Assembly (NCBI GenBank): GCA_022653695.1
Contig: JALCSW010000002.1
Coordinates: 342,605 to 406,604 of the forward strand
Source of the DNA: Bacilli bacterium
Lineage (GTDB): Bacteria > Bacillota_I > Bacilli_A > RFN20 > CAG-826
DNA: 64,000 bases
Direction: 5' to 3'
Shown here: positions 15,240-26,086 of the stretch, one piece after another
How the letters are laid out: every line of letters begins with the position of its first letter
Numbering within the stretch: position 1 is the first letter of the stretch
The notes under the pieces: model-generated
What the model was told of the DNA's origin: nothing
The model's database searches: none
Seen by the model: the letters and a program-made list of their open reading frames with translations, nothing else
Program-made: the position numbers and the translations under genes

Positions 15240-16061
15240 ATGAAACGGAGCCTATGCGCCCTTGGGGCGATTTCCCTTCTTTGCCTGAGCGGCTGCTCGA
15301 ACGGCACGCCCTATTGCGACGCGAACGGGGAAATCGCGGAAACGGCCTCGACGTATCGCGAAGCGATGGTCGAGGAGAGGGCCTCCTCCCTGATCGCCCG
15401 GGCCCAAGCCGGGGAAACGGTCTATTTCTTTCACGCCTCCTCGACGTGCCCCGCCTGCTCACGCTACGAAAGCGCCATCGCCGCCGGGTTGGCGAAAACC
15501 AATCTCCGCGTCTCGTTGCTTTATCGCTCCAGCGAAGCGGGGTTCGACGAAACGGCCTATTGGGCCGACGTCAGCCTTCTGCAAGCGGCGTACCCGAGCG
15601 ATGAAGGGGGGACGACGGGCTTTCAGGACAATTACCCCCGTTTTTATCGCCTTCAGAAGGATACCTGCGAGATTCTGTCCTTTAACGCCTACGCCGACAG
15701 CGGGAATTCCTTTTCCTCGTACTTGGGGCGGGTTTCCAACCTCAACGGCCTCACCCATTTCCGGACCTACGAGAAGGCCGCCTCTTTCGCCGCGAGGAAT
15801 TCCTGCCCGCTTTACCTCTATGACGAGACCGACGCCGAAGCCTTCGCCTTTTATTTCGCGGAAATCCGTTCCCGGGGCCAAAAAAGGGAAACCCCCTTCG
15901 CCATCCTCGATTTCGCCGAGATGAACGATGGGCAAAAAACGGCCGCTTTGGCGGGCTTTTCGCTTGAGAGCTACGTTCCTATGATTCGTCTGGGCCAAAC
16001 CGTCCGCGCCATAAAAAGCGAAGCGGCTTCCGCCGCCTCGCTCGTCGCTTCCTACTACTGA
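15240..16061 (+). CDS. Lipoprotein with a thioredoxin-like CxxC motif
   Basis: Start at ATG 15240 (MKRSLCALGAISLLCLSGCSNG) with lipobox LSGC. CPAC in YFFHASSTCPACSRYE. TACACT lies 6 nt upstream of the ATG. The ORF-track start 15183 adds a basic, non-signal extension. Confidence 0.65.
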   Translation: MKRSLCALGAISLLCLSGCSNGTPYCDANGEIAETASTYREAMVEERASSLIARAQAGETVYFFHASSTCPACSRYESAIAAGLAKTNLRVSLLYRSSEAGFDETAYWADVSLLQAAYPSDEGGTTGFQDNYPRFYRLQKDTCEILSFNAYADSGNSFSSYLGRVSNLNGLTHFRTYEKAASFAARNSCPLYLYDETDAEAFAFYFAEIRSRGQKRETPFAILDFAEMNDGQKTAALAGFSLESYVPMIRLGQTVRAIKSEAASAASLVASYY

Positions 16062-17285
16062 TCACTTCGTCTTTTCGCGGACGAAGGCGTCGAAGGCCAA
16101 CCCGTCTTCGTACTTCCTGAATTTGGCGTAGTAATAGGTGTCGCCCATCGCTAAGGCCATATGGATCGGGTAACGCCCGTACATGCACATCGAATCGTGG
16201 TATTTGGCGAGGATCTCGCTTTCGGTGTGGGCGTATTCGCGTTTGTCCTTTCTGGCGGAGGCGAAGGCATAGAATTTTTCCTTATCCATGTTCTGGCGGT
16301 TCTCGTCATAGCAAACGACGTCCGCGTAAATCTCGTAGCAGCTCACCGAATTGGCGTAATCGATAAGATCGGGGGTGTAGCCGCCGGCGGGTCGCATATT
16401 GCATTCCAAGGCGACGAACTCGCCTTTTTTGGCGAAGCCCGGCTTGTCCTCACTCAGCACGAAGAACTCGATGTGGAAGAAGCGTTGCCGGATGCCGAAG
16501 GCTTTGACGACCGCCCTCCCGGTCTTCTCGAAAGCCTTCCCGTCGATGTCGTGGAAAGGAAGCGCGAAAGGGTTGTTGTAATAATAGTAATCGAGGTCAT
16601 CGTTGACGACCTTGGCCACCGCGGTGGTGAAGTGGTCGCTCGTGCAAAAAACGACGTCGCTGTGCGAATCGCAGATGCCGTCGAAGGAAACGATGATGCC
16701 TTCGATATACTCCTCCACGATGTAGGTCTCGGGAAGGCTTTTGCTCAGGAAACGCCTGAGGGAGTCTTCGTCGCGAAGGGCGAAGGACCCGTTGGCCCCC
16801 ACCCCAACGTTGGGTTTCACGAACACCGGATAGCCGACCTCTTTGGCGAAGCGAAGGGCTTCCTCGAGGTCTTTCGGCCCGTCGACGAGGGTGTAGCGCA
16901 TCGTCTTGGCCCCGCCGAGGCGGAAGCACTCCTTCATCGCCGATTTGGCTTTGATCTTCGTCATGTCGGCGGGGAGAAAACCGCTATCGAGGCCAAGGGC
17001 CTCGCGAAGTTTGGCGTCTTGGGAGAGCCACCACTCGTTATCGCTTTCGATGAAACCGATTTTCCCGTATTTGCCCTGATAGTACCGGCAAGCCTTCAGC
17101 ATCTCGGGATAGTTGGAAAGATCGCGCACGAAATAGTACTCCGTGAGGGCCTTCTTGAGCCGCGGATGGACGTCGTAATACGGGGAATCCCCGATGCCGA
17201 GGACGTTGACTCCGTGGTCTTTGAGGGCTTCCACCCATTTGAAATAACGGATCGGGAAGTTGGGGGACACGAAGATGAAGTTCAT
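16062..17285 (-). CDS. ATP-grasp domain protein, substrate unknown
   Basis: 407 aa. It has a pre-ATP-grasp N-domain and a central ATP-grasp pattern (KAKSAMKE..., YPVFVKPNVGVGANG, YIVEEYIEG, ALECNMRPAGG). It starts 26 nt after the atpC stop on the same strand. Confidence 0.75.
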   Translation of the reverse strand: MNFIFVSPNFPIRYFKWVEALKDHGVNVLGIGDSPYYDVHPRLKKALTEYYFVRDLSNYPEMLKACRYYQGKYGKIGFIESDNEWWLSQDAKLREALGLDSGFLPADMTKIKAKSAMKECFRLGGAKTMRYTLVDGPKDLEEALRFAKEVGYPVFVKPNVGVGANGSFALRDEDSLRRFLSKSLPETYIVEEYIEGIIVSFDGICDSHSDVVFCTSDHFTTAVAKVVNDDLDYYYYNNPFALPFHDIDGKAFEKTGRAVVKAFGIRQRFFHIEFFVLSEDKPGFAKKGEFVALECNMRPAGGYTPDLIDYANSVSCYEIYADVVCYDENRQNMDKEKFYAFASARKDKREYAHTESEILAKYHDSMCMYGRYPIHMALAMGDTYYYAKFRKYEDGLAFDAFVREKTK

Positions 17286-17311
17286 TTTTCTTGCCTAAAC
17301 GACGCCTGCGG

Positions 17312-19137
<1,826 letters not shown>

Positions 19138-19998
19138 TTAACTGGCATTGGCTCCGCCAACGACCTCGGTGATCTCCTGGGTGATGGCGTTCTGCCGCGC
19201 TTTGTTGTATTCGATCTGCAATTTGCCAAGTATCTCGTCGGCGTTGTCGTTCGCGTTATCCATCGCCGTGCGGCGCGAAGCCTGCTCGCTCAATTGGCTG
19301 TCAAGCAAACGGTCGTAGAAGACCGAGGCGAGGTACTCGCTCATGAAATGGTGGATGAGGTGGCGGGGCGCCTCGTCGAAGAGAGGGGGGCAATACTCCT
19401 CCCCCGGCCACTTCTCCTGCTTGATCTGAACCGGCAAAAGCTGGAAGCGGATCGGCGTGAAGGTTATCGAGTTGACGTAACGCGTGAAGATGACGTAAAT
19501 GCGGGCGTATTTCCTGGCGTTGAAATCGTCTTTCAGACCCAAGCAAAGTTTCTGGATGGAATCGAGGTCAAGCGAAGCCAAGGACAGCTTCTCGAAATCG
19601 TGGTCGATGTTTTTGTAGGTATCGTCGTTCGCGTAATGGTGAGTGGCCTTTAGGCCGAGCGGGGCGATGACGTCCGTCGGTTTGGCGCATTTGGAAACCC
19701 ATTTGAAGACTTCGTTGTTGTAGCCCCCGCAAAGGCCGAGGTCGCTGCTGATGCAAATGAAAAGGTTCGGCAAATCGCCTTCGTTGGGACGCCCATAGTG
19801 GGAAGCCGTGCCGGAATCGTGGGCGAAAAGCTCGCCCATGAGCGACTCGAATTCGCGGCTGTAAAGCCGTTCCTTGGACGAGGCCGATAAGAGCTTCTTA
19901 AGTCGCACCGTGGAGATGAGTTCCATCGCCTTGGTGATCTTCTCGGTGCTCTTGACGGAGGTGATCCGATGTTTTGTTTTGCTGAGCCCGACCGACAT
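19138..19998 (-). CDS. atpG: F1 ATP synthase gamma subunit
   Basis: N-terminal RITSVKSTEKITKAMELIS and C-terminal NKARQNAITQEITEVVGGA helices. 286 aa. Confidence 0.9.
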   Translation of the reverse strand: MSVGLSKTKHRITSVKSTEKITKAMELISTVRLKKLLSASSKERLYSREFESLMGELFAHDSGTASHYGRPNEGDLPNLFICISSDLGLCGGYNNEVFKWVSKCAKPTDVIAPLGLKATHHYANDDTYKNIDHDFEKLSLASLDLDSIQKLCLGLKDDFNARKYARIYVIFTRYVNSITFTPIRFQLLPVQIKQEKWPGEEYCPPLFDEAPRHLIHHFMSEYLASVFYDRLLDSQLSEQASRRTAMDNANDNADEILGKLQIEYNKARQNAITQEITEVVGGANAS

Positions 19999-20000
19999 CC

Positions 20001-21506
20001 TTATTTCCTGATTTCCTTGTAGGCGGCGATGGCTTTGTCGAGTTTCTTCGACAAATCGTCGTCAAACTTCTTGTCTTTCCTCAGTTTTTCGACGAGGTCG
20101 CGGTCGTTGTCCTTAAGGTAAGAGACAAGCCCTTCGAGGAACGATCCGACCTGCTCAAGCGGCAAATCGTCGAGGAACCGCCCTTTGACGGCGTAAAGCT
20201 CAAGCTCTTCGTCCTCCATGGGAAGAGGGGCGAAGTTCTTTTGCTTCAGGGCTTCGGTGACGACGGCCCCATGAGCGAGGATCTTCTTGGTCTCGACGTC
20301 GAGGTCGCTGCCGAATTGGCTGAAGGAAAGGTTCTCGCGGTAATTGGCGAGCTCGATCTTGAGCGATCCGGCGACCTGCTTCATGGCTTTCGTCTGCGCG
20401 GCGGAACCGACGCGGGAGACGGAGAAGCCACTGTCGACGGCCGGGCGTTGGCCGGCCGTGAAATAATCGGTGACCAGAAAAATCTGACCATCGGTGATGG
20501 AGATGACGTTCGTCGGGATGTAGGCGCTGATGTCGCCGGCCTGGGTCTCGATGATCGGCAAAGCCGTTATCGAGCCGCCGCCGTATTCCGGGGCGAGTTT
20601 GCACGCCCGCTCAAGAAGGCGCGAATGGAGATAGAAGATGTCGCCCGGATAAGCCTCGCGGCCCGGCGAGCGGCGCAGAAGGAGCGAAAGGGCGCGGTAA
20701 GCGACCGCGTGCTTGCTGAGATCGTCGAAAACGATGAGGACGTCCTGGCCTTTTTCCATCCATTCCTCGGCCATCGCCATGCCGGCGAAGGGGGCGATGT
20801 ATTGCTGTGGGGCCGATTCGCTGGCCGAGGCGTTGACCACGGTGACATAGTCGAAGCAGCCTTTTTCCTTGAGTTTGGCCACCAAAGAGGCCACGGAGGA
20901 GTTCTTCTGGCCGACGGCGACGTAAACGCAGTTGACGCCCTTGCCCTTCTGATTGACGATCGTGTCGATCGCGATCGAGGTTTTGCCGGTTTGGCGGTCG
21001 CCGATGATGAGTTCGCGCTGCCCGCGGCCGATCGGGATGATGCTGTCGACGGCCTTGAGGCCGGTCTCGAGCGGGGTATCGACCGATTTTCGTTTCATGA
21101 CGCCCGGGGCGATGCGCTCGATCGGGCGGGTTTTGCCGTAGGAAATGGGGCCAAGGCCGTCGATCGGGAGGCCAAGCGGGGAGACGACGCGGCCCAAAAG
21201 GCCGTCGCCCACCGGAACCTCGACGACGCGATTCGTGCGCTTAACGGTATCGCCTTCCTTGATGGAGAGCTCCGAGCCGAGAAGCACGGCGCCGACGTCC
21301 TCGGCGTTGAGGTTCATGACCATGCCGTAAACGTCGCCCGGGAAAAGAAGGAGCTCGCCCAGCATCGCGTCCTTGAGGCCATAGATAAGCGCGATGCCGT
21401 CGCCCACGGATATGACCGTGCCGACGTCATCGTCTTCGAGTTGCCCCTCGAATCCTTTGATTTGCTCTTTGATAAGGGATGATATTTCCCCAGCGTTCAG
21501 ATTCAT
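20001..21506 (-). CDS. atpA: F1 ATP synthase alpha subunit
   Basis: Walker [10 protein letters not shown], a [18 protein letters not shown] block, and 501 aa. TAATG 1-nt overlap with the atpH stop. Confidence 0.95.
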   Translation of the reverse strand: MNLNAGEISSLIKEQIKGFEGQLEDDDVGTVISVGDGIALIYGLKDAMLGELLLFPGDVYGMVMNLNAEDVGAVLLGSELSIKEGDTVKRTNRVVEVPVGDGLLGRVVSPLGLPIDGLGPISYGKTRPIERIAPGVMKRKSVDTPLETGLKAVDSIIPIGRGQRELIIGDRQTGKTSIAIDTIVNQKGKGVNCVYVAVGQKNSSVASLVAKLKEKGCFDYVTVVNASASESAPQQYIAPFAGMAMAEEWMEKGQDVLIVFDDLSKHAVAYRALSLLLRRSPGREAYPGDIFYLHSRLLERACKLAPEYGGGSITALPIIETQAGDISAYIPTNVISITDGQIFLVTDYFTAGQRPAVDSGFSVSRVGSAAQTKAMKQVAGSLKIELANYRENLSFSQFGSDLDVETKKILAHGAVVTEALKQKNFAPLPMEDEELELYAVKGRFLDDLPLEQVGSFLEGLVSYLKDNDRDLVEKLRKDKKFDDDLSKKLDKAIAAYKEIRK

Positions 21507-22048
21507 TAGCGGATTCCTCCTTCAAGCAGACTTCTATGCAAATCGCTCAGTTTCCTTTCGAGCGATCCGTCGAACACTTTTCCCGCGATCGCGACTTTGA
21601 CGCCGCCCAAGATGGCGGGATCGACGCGATTGCGGAGCGCGGCTTTCTTGCCGAGCGCTTTCCCAATGGCCTCTTCCAAAGCGGCCATCTCCTCCTTCGA
21701 GAGGGGATAAACGCTGTAAGCGAGGCCTTCCTCGACCCCCAAGCCTTCGTTCACGAGGGACGAAAACTGGGCGGTTATTTCCCGAAAATAGCCGACGGCG
21801 TGGTTCTTGACGACGGTTTTCATGAATGGCGCGAGGCTTTTGAGGCCCTTCCCCCACAGCTCGTCGATAAGTGCGTAAAGCCGCTCCTTGGGAATGGCGT
21901 AGGATTTCAGCGTCTCCAAAAGGGCGGGGTCGCCCGCCAAAGAGCCGTCGATGCCCCTCAGGGCGTCCTGATATTCCTTGGCTTTCCCCTCTTCGAGCGC
22001 GAGCCCGTAGAGGGCCGAAGCGAAAGAGGCGGCCTTATCCTCAAACAT
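21506..22048 (-). CDS. atpH: F1 ATP synthase delta (OSCP) subunit
   Basis: 180 aa, positioned between atpF and atpA. The C-terminal [17 protein letters not shown] pattern is typical of delta. Confidence 0.75.
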   Translation of the reverse strand: MFEDKAASFASALYGLALEEGKAKEYQDALRGIDGSLAGDPALLETLKSYAIPKERLYALIDELWGKGLKSLAPFMKTVVKNHAVGYFREITAQFSSLVNEGLGVEEGLAYSVYPLSKEEMAALEEAIGKALGKKAALRNRVDPAILGGVKVAIAGKVFDGSLERKLSDLHRSLLEGGIR

Positions 22049-22616
22049 CCTTCTCGCCCTTCTTGACTTCCTTCACGAAGTCGCTCACGAGTTTCTCGTT
22101 GTCGCTCTTGCCCAGTTCGCGCCCGATGACCTGCTTCGAGGCGGCGAGGGCCACGTCGACGATTTCGCGACGGACCTTCTCTTTCGAGGCTTCCTCGGCT
22201 TGCGCGATGGCCAGATCGGCGTCTTTTTTCTTCCGGACGGCCTCGGCCATGGCCTCGTCGGTGATGGCTTTGGCGCTCACTTCGGCATTGGCTTTGGCCT
22301 TGCCGACGATTCGGGCGCCTTCTTTGCGGGCGTCTTCGATGAGCCGGTCGCTTTCGGCGGCCTTCCGCTCATTGATGGCTTTGGCCTTCTCGCTGTCCCT
22401 GATGTTGTGCTCCACGTAGTCCTTCCGGGCTTCGATGTTCTTCTTGACGGGTTTGTAGGCGATGAAATAAACCGCGAGGAAAAGAACGATCAAGGCGAGG
22501 AAGTTGATGAGAAAGCTCCAACCGTTGGGGAAGAGTTTCTTTAAGATGTCGTCGCTCGTGATCGGGGTGCTGCCGCCGATGATGACGGCTTGTTGGTAAA
22601 CCCACGAAAACAGCAT
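22041..22616 (-). CDS. atpF: Fo ATP synthase b subunit
   Basis: A single N-terminal TM (FLINFLALIVLFLAVYFIAY) is followed by a long charged A/E/K-rich helix. Operon position supports the call. Confidence 0.75.
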   Translation of the reverse strand: MLFSWVYQQAVIIGGSTPITSDDILKKLFPNGWSFLINFLALIVLFLAVYFIAYKPVKKNIEARKDYVEHNIRDSEKAKAINERKAAESDRLIEDARKEGARIVGKAKANAEVSAKAITDEAMAEAVRKKKDADLAIAQAEEASKEKVRREIVDVALAASKQVIGRELGKSDNEKLVSDFVKEVKKGEKDV

Positions 22617-22619
22617 GCG

Positions 22620-22862
22620 TTAAGCCGTGGCCCGTCCACCTAAGACGAACATGATGAGGATCGCCACGATCAAGCAGTAAATGGCGGTCGACTCGTCGAG
22701 CGCGACGGCGAGCAGCATCGTGCGTTGCAGCTTCGGCTGCATCTCCGGATTGCGGACCATGCCGTCGATCGAATGGCAGCAGATCAGACTTTCTCCGATG
22801 GACGACAAGCATCCGAACGCGACGCAGATGGCCGCGCCAATGGCTACCAAACCCAAACTCAT
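22620..22862 (-). CDS. atpE: Fo ATP synthase c subunit (Na+-type ion-binding signature)
   Basis: Start at ATG 22862 (MSLGLVAIG...), preceded by AAGGAGGA. An 80-aa hairpin with loop RNPE and helix-2 LDESTAIY. The ORF-track start 22937 is an upstream extension. Confidence 0.85.
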   Translation of the reverse strand: MSLGLVAIGAAICVAFGCLSSIGESLICCHSIDGMVRNPEMQPKLQRTMLLAVALDESTAIYCLIVAILIMFVLGGRATA

Positions 22863-22893
22863 AATGAATTCCTCCTTAAATTTGGTATTTCCC

Positions 22894-23715
22894 TTATTCC
22901 TTGGCTGAAACCGGGCGAGGGCTCGGCCCTTCCACAAGGGAAGGCCCTTCCTCGGCCGGCTTCTCCTGAGCGATCCATAGAGCCGAGAGGCTCATAAAGA
23001 CCAGCGTCTGGACGAAGCCAGTGAATAAGTTGAAATAAAGATTGAGGATGCCCATCGGTATCGGAGCCAGGAAAATGGACGTCCACATATAAGTGCCGTT
23101 AAGAGGCACGACGCTCGAGAAAATGGCCATGCTGGCCTTGCCGAGGGCCCATTGGATGAGCCCGATGATGATGGTGCCGCTGAGGCAGTTGCCGAACATA
23201 CGGACGGCGGTCGAGATGATCGGGGTCCACATCGTGATGAGGTTGATCGGCAGAAAAATCGAAATCGGCTCGATATAGCGATGGAAATAATGCCAATGGT
23301 TGTATTTGACGGCGAAGAACTGAATCAAAATGAACATGATGATCGAAAGGCAAAGCGGGGCGGCGAGCCAATCGATGACGGAGGGCATGCCCGTGATGCC
23401 CCAGATGAAACCAAGGAAAAGATAGCTTGCGAGAGCGAGGAAATAGCCGGTCATCCTGTCCCAGCCGGGACCCATCATCCCCTCGACCCACTCGCCGAGT
23501 TTCTCGACGGCGAGCTCAACGACCATATAGGCGCCTTTGGGCCGCTCGAGATACAGTTTCTTCTTGTAGATGATCCGGGCGTGGACGCCCACCACGATCG
23601 CCACCACGATCAAAAGGAAAATGATGAGGAGGGAACTGAATAGCGATGCGTCGAGGTCCCACGACCACATGGACGCCAAACGGTCTTTGTATGTCATCGT
23701 GGTGGTCAGGATCAT
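22894..23715 (-). CDS. atpB: Fo ATP synthase a subunit
   Basis: Essential-Arg motif RMFGNCLSG, about 5-6 TM helices, and ATGA overlap with the atpI-like stop. C-terminal P/E-rich tail. Confidence 0.85.
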   Translation of the reverse strand: MILTTTMTYKDRLASMWSWDLDASLFSSLLIIFLLIVVAIVVGVHARIIYKKKLYLERPKGAYMVVELAVEKLGEWVEGMMGPGWDRMTGYFLALASYLFLGFIWGITGMPSVIDWLAAPLCLSIIMFILIQFFAVKYNHWHYFHRYIEPISIFLPINLITMWTPIISTAVRMFGNCLSGTIIIGLIQWALGKASMAIFSSVVPLNGTYMWTSIFLAPIPMGILNLYFNLFTGFVQTLVFMSLSALWIAQEKPAEEGPSLVEGPSPRPVSAKE

Positions 23716-24230
23716 TCCACTTCGCCTTCGGAAGAATCGCCTTTCGTTTCTTCGTCAGTCGGGGATAAAGTATGGATTTTGCTTTGCCCTTTTTCGCCAT
23801 GGAGGTTCGAAAGGATCAGCACGAGCGGCATCGGGATGATGGCGAGCATCGTCCCCCAGAACGACAGAAGATCCCAGCCCCCGAACCATTCCGGCTTGAA
23901 GGTGCAGATGGCGCTCACGACGAGGACGGCGATGTATAGCGCCATGCGCGCGCTCATGAAAAGAACCGATTTGACGGTCATTCCGCTAGGCGTTTGGCCC
24001 ATCAGCATGTCCGGGAGCTTGGAAATCGACCAATAGGAGAAAAGCGAGACGAGGGCCCCGGCCAGCCATCCCCAATTCCACATGCTGAGACGAAAGAAAA
24101 ACAAAGGGATCAGAAGGACGAACACGATGCCGTAAAAGGCGGCAAGAAGGACAAAGTCCTTCTTTATTGGGTCCATGCGAGCGAAGCGTTGGGCGAAGTT
24201 AAGTTTCGGTTCTTTCTCTTTCTGGTCCAT
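23712..24230 (-). CDS. atpI: AtpI-like small membrane protein (first gene of the atp operon)
   Basis: 172 aa with 4 hydrophobic segments, translationally coupled to atpB. The assignment rests on position and topology only. Confidence 0.5.
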   Translation of the reverse strand: MDQKEKEPKLNFAQRFARMDPIKKDFVLLAAFYGIVFVLLIPLFFFRLSMWNWGWLAGALVSLFSYWSISKLPDMLMGQTPSGMTVKSVLFMSARMALYIAVLVVSAICTFKPEWFGGWDLLSFWGTMLAIIPMPLVLILSNLHGEKGQSKIHTLSPTDEETKGDSSEGEVE

Positions 24231-24287
24231 AGGCTTACCTATGGTAAGGGCTTTGGCTTAAAAAGTCAACGCGAGGAAAAGTGAGGA

Positions 24288-24304
24288 AAGCCCTATCAGG
24301 GCTT
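24288..24304 (-). terminator. Weak hairpin between pfp and atpI (possible attenuating terminator)
   Basis: AAGCCCT / AGGGCTT 7-bp stem with a 3-nt loop. On the minus strand it is followed by TCCTCACTTTTCC. The T-run is poor, so read-through is likely. Confidence 0.3.
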
Positions 24305-24325
24305 CCCCGCCAAATGGGCCAATTG

Positions 24326-25525
24326 TCAGGAAACCTTTGCGAGCTTGAGGTGGGCGCTTTGAAAGACGCCGTCGCCCCACTCGATCCGGCTTTCCCCGGC
24401 GATGAGGGGGCGGATATACTGCCGAAAGCCCTCGCTGAGGCGCGTCGAATCGACGATCCATTCAAGAGGGACTTTCTTCTCCTGGTTGGCCACTAAGCCG
24501 ACGTCGCCCAAGAAGAAGCTGGATTTATAGGGGTTGTTGCTTTCCCGACGGATGCAAACCATATAGCCCGTTTTGCCGGCCAAAACGGCTTTGACCGCGA
24601 ATTCGCTGACGGCGATGGCCTCTTTTTTCTCGGACTCGCTGGCGAGGGCCGGATCGGCTCGCTGAGGAAGCGATAGTTCCATGACGCGGGTGCCGTAACC
24701 GAGGTTTTCCTTGATGCTCTGCGAGAGGGAAACGCTCACCCCCTCAAGTTGCACGTGGCCGAAACTGTCGATGTCGGCGCCGTTACGGCGCGTGACGGGC
24801 AAGCCTTCGGAAAGGGCCACGACGACGTTGCCCTTCCTTTCGTAAATGCGTTTGACGTCGCGGAGGAACCCATCTTCGTCCCATTTCGTCTCCGGAAGGT
24901 AAATAAGATCGGGCCGCTCCCCTTCCGGCAACACGTCGACGCTGGCGGTGAGCCAACCGGCGTTGCGCCCCATGATCTCAATGAGGAGAACCTTGCCCTT
25001 TTTGTAGGCCTGGTTGTCGATGACCGCCATCTTGGTGAAGTTGATAATGTGCTTGGCGGCGCTCGCGAAACCTAAGGAATGATCGGTCAGAACGAGGTCG
25101 TTGTCGACTGTCTTCGGGATGCCGATGACGCGGATGTCGCAATTCGTCATGGCGAAAAAACGGGAGAGCTTATAGCAAGTGTCCATCGAATCGTTGCCGC
25201 CGTTGACCAAAATGTAGCCGATGTTGCGCCTCTTGATGGTCGCGAGGATCTTATCGAAATCCGGATCCTCGAATTTCGGGAGCATGTGGCGGCTCGAGCC
25301 AAGGGCGGCGCCGGGGGTCTGCTTCAGGAGCTCGACTTCGTGGGGGTCTTCTTGGCGGAGGTCGACGAGGTCGTCGCCGATAAGCCCTTCAACGCCGTGA
25401 AGGGCGCCGTAAACACCGCCCAGTTCCTCATGCCTCAGCGCCTCTTTGATAACGCCATAGAATGAGCAGTTGATGACGGTCGTCGGACCGCCCGATTGAA
25501 AATAGACTAGCGCTTTCTTCTCCAT
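24326..25525 (-). CDS. pfp: 6-phosphofructokinase, predicted PPi-dependent type
   Basis: PFK fold (FQSGGPTTVIN, GGNDS, IGIPKTVDNDL). Asp occupies the position of ATP-PFK Gly104 (GGNDS) and Lys the position of Gly124 (PKTVDND). These are the two residues classically linked to PPi specificity. Confidence 0.85.
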   Translation of the reverse strand: MEKKALVYFQSGGPTTVINCSFYGVIKEALRHEELGGVYGALHGVEGLIGDDLVDLRQEDPHEVELLKQTPGAALGSSRHMLPKFEDPDFDKILATIKRRNIGYILVNGGNDSMDTCYKLSRFFAMTNCDIRVIGIPKTVDNDLVLTDHSLGFASAAKHIINFTKMAVIDNQAYKKGKVLLIEIMGRNAGWLTASVDVLPEGERPDLIYLPETKWDEDGFLRDVKRIYERKGNVVVALSEGLPVTRRNGADIDSFGHVQLEGVSVSLSQSIKENLGYGTRVMELSLPQRADPALASESEKKEAIAVSEFAVKAVLAGKTGYMVCIRRESNNPYKSSFFLGDVGLVANQEKKVPLEWIVDSTRLSEGFRQYIRPLIAGESRIEWGDGVFQSAHLKLAKVS

Positions 25526-25528
25526 AGT

Positions 25529-26077
25529 TCAGAAAATGATGCCTTTCTTTGACGTGCCGTCGATCGTTTCGATCTCAAGGCGACGAAGGGCGGCGATGGC
25601 GTGGCCCTCAGCCTCCCGATCCCCGCTTCCCGAAGCCGACAAGTCCACCACGATGTGGGCGTTCGGCGCGGCGGTTTTGGCGATGATCGCGTTGGCGATG
25701 ACGCAAATCGAGAGGTCAAGCCCGCATAAGACGATTTCGCGGTAAGCGCCTTTCTTAAGGTAATCGAGCAAAGCCTCGCTCCCAAACGTGCCCTTCTCAA
25801 ACACCCGATGGGCGGAGGCCATCTCCTCGAGATCGCCGTAAAAACGGGCTCCCGGAGTGCCGCGAAGGCAATGGGGGATGGGCAAGTTCCGCCCTTCTTC
25901 CGTATGGAGATAATCGTCTTCGCGCACGTCGCGGGTGAAGACCACCTCGTCCCTGGAATCCTCGAACTCGGAAATGAGTTCCTTGACCCGCGGATAAAAA
26001 GAGGCCGCCTTGGGAAAGCCAAGCGGCCCGTCGACGAAGTCATTTTGGAAATCGACCACAACCAACAAACGTTTCAT
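25529..26077 (-). CDS. pncA: Nicotinamidase/pyrazinamidase (isochorismatase-family cysteine hydrolase)
   Basis: LLVVVDFQNDF (Asp) and CGLDLSICV (nucleophile Cys). 182 aa. Confidence 0.8.
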   Translation of the reverse strand: MKRLLVVVDFQNDFVDGPLGFPKAASFYPRVKELISEFEDSRDEVVFTRDVREDDYLHTEEGRNLPIPHCLRGTPGARFYGDLEEMASAHRVFEKGTFGSEALLDYLKKGAYREIVLCGLDLSICVIANAIIAKTAAPNAHIVVDLSASGSGDREAEGHAIAALRRLEIETIDGTSKKGIIF

Positions 26078-26086
26078 AACCCCGTT

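Noticed and set aside
24231-24325. A dedicated atp operon promoter (TTGACT at 24269-24264).
   Set aside because: The best -10 at 17-nt spacing is only TACCAT. It could be a weak internal promoter, but the evidence is insufficient to list it as a feature.
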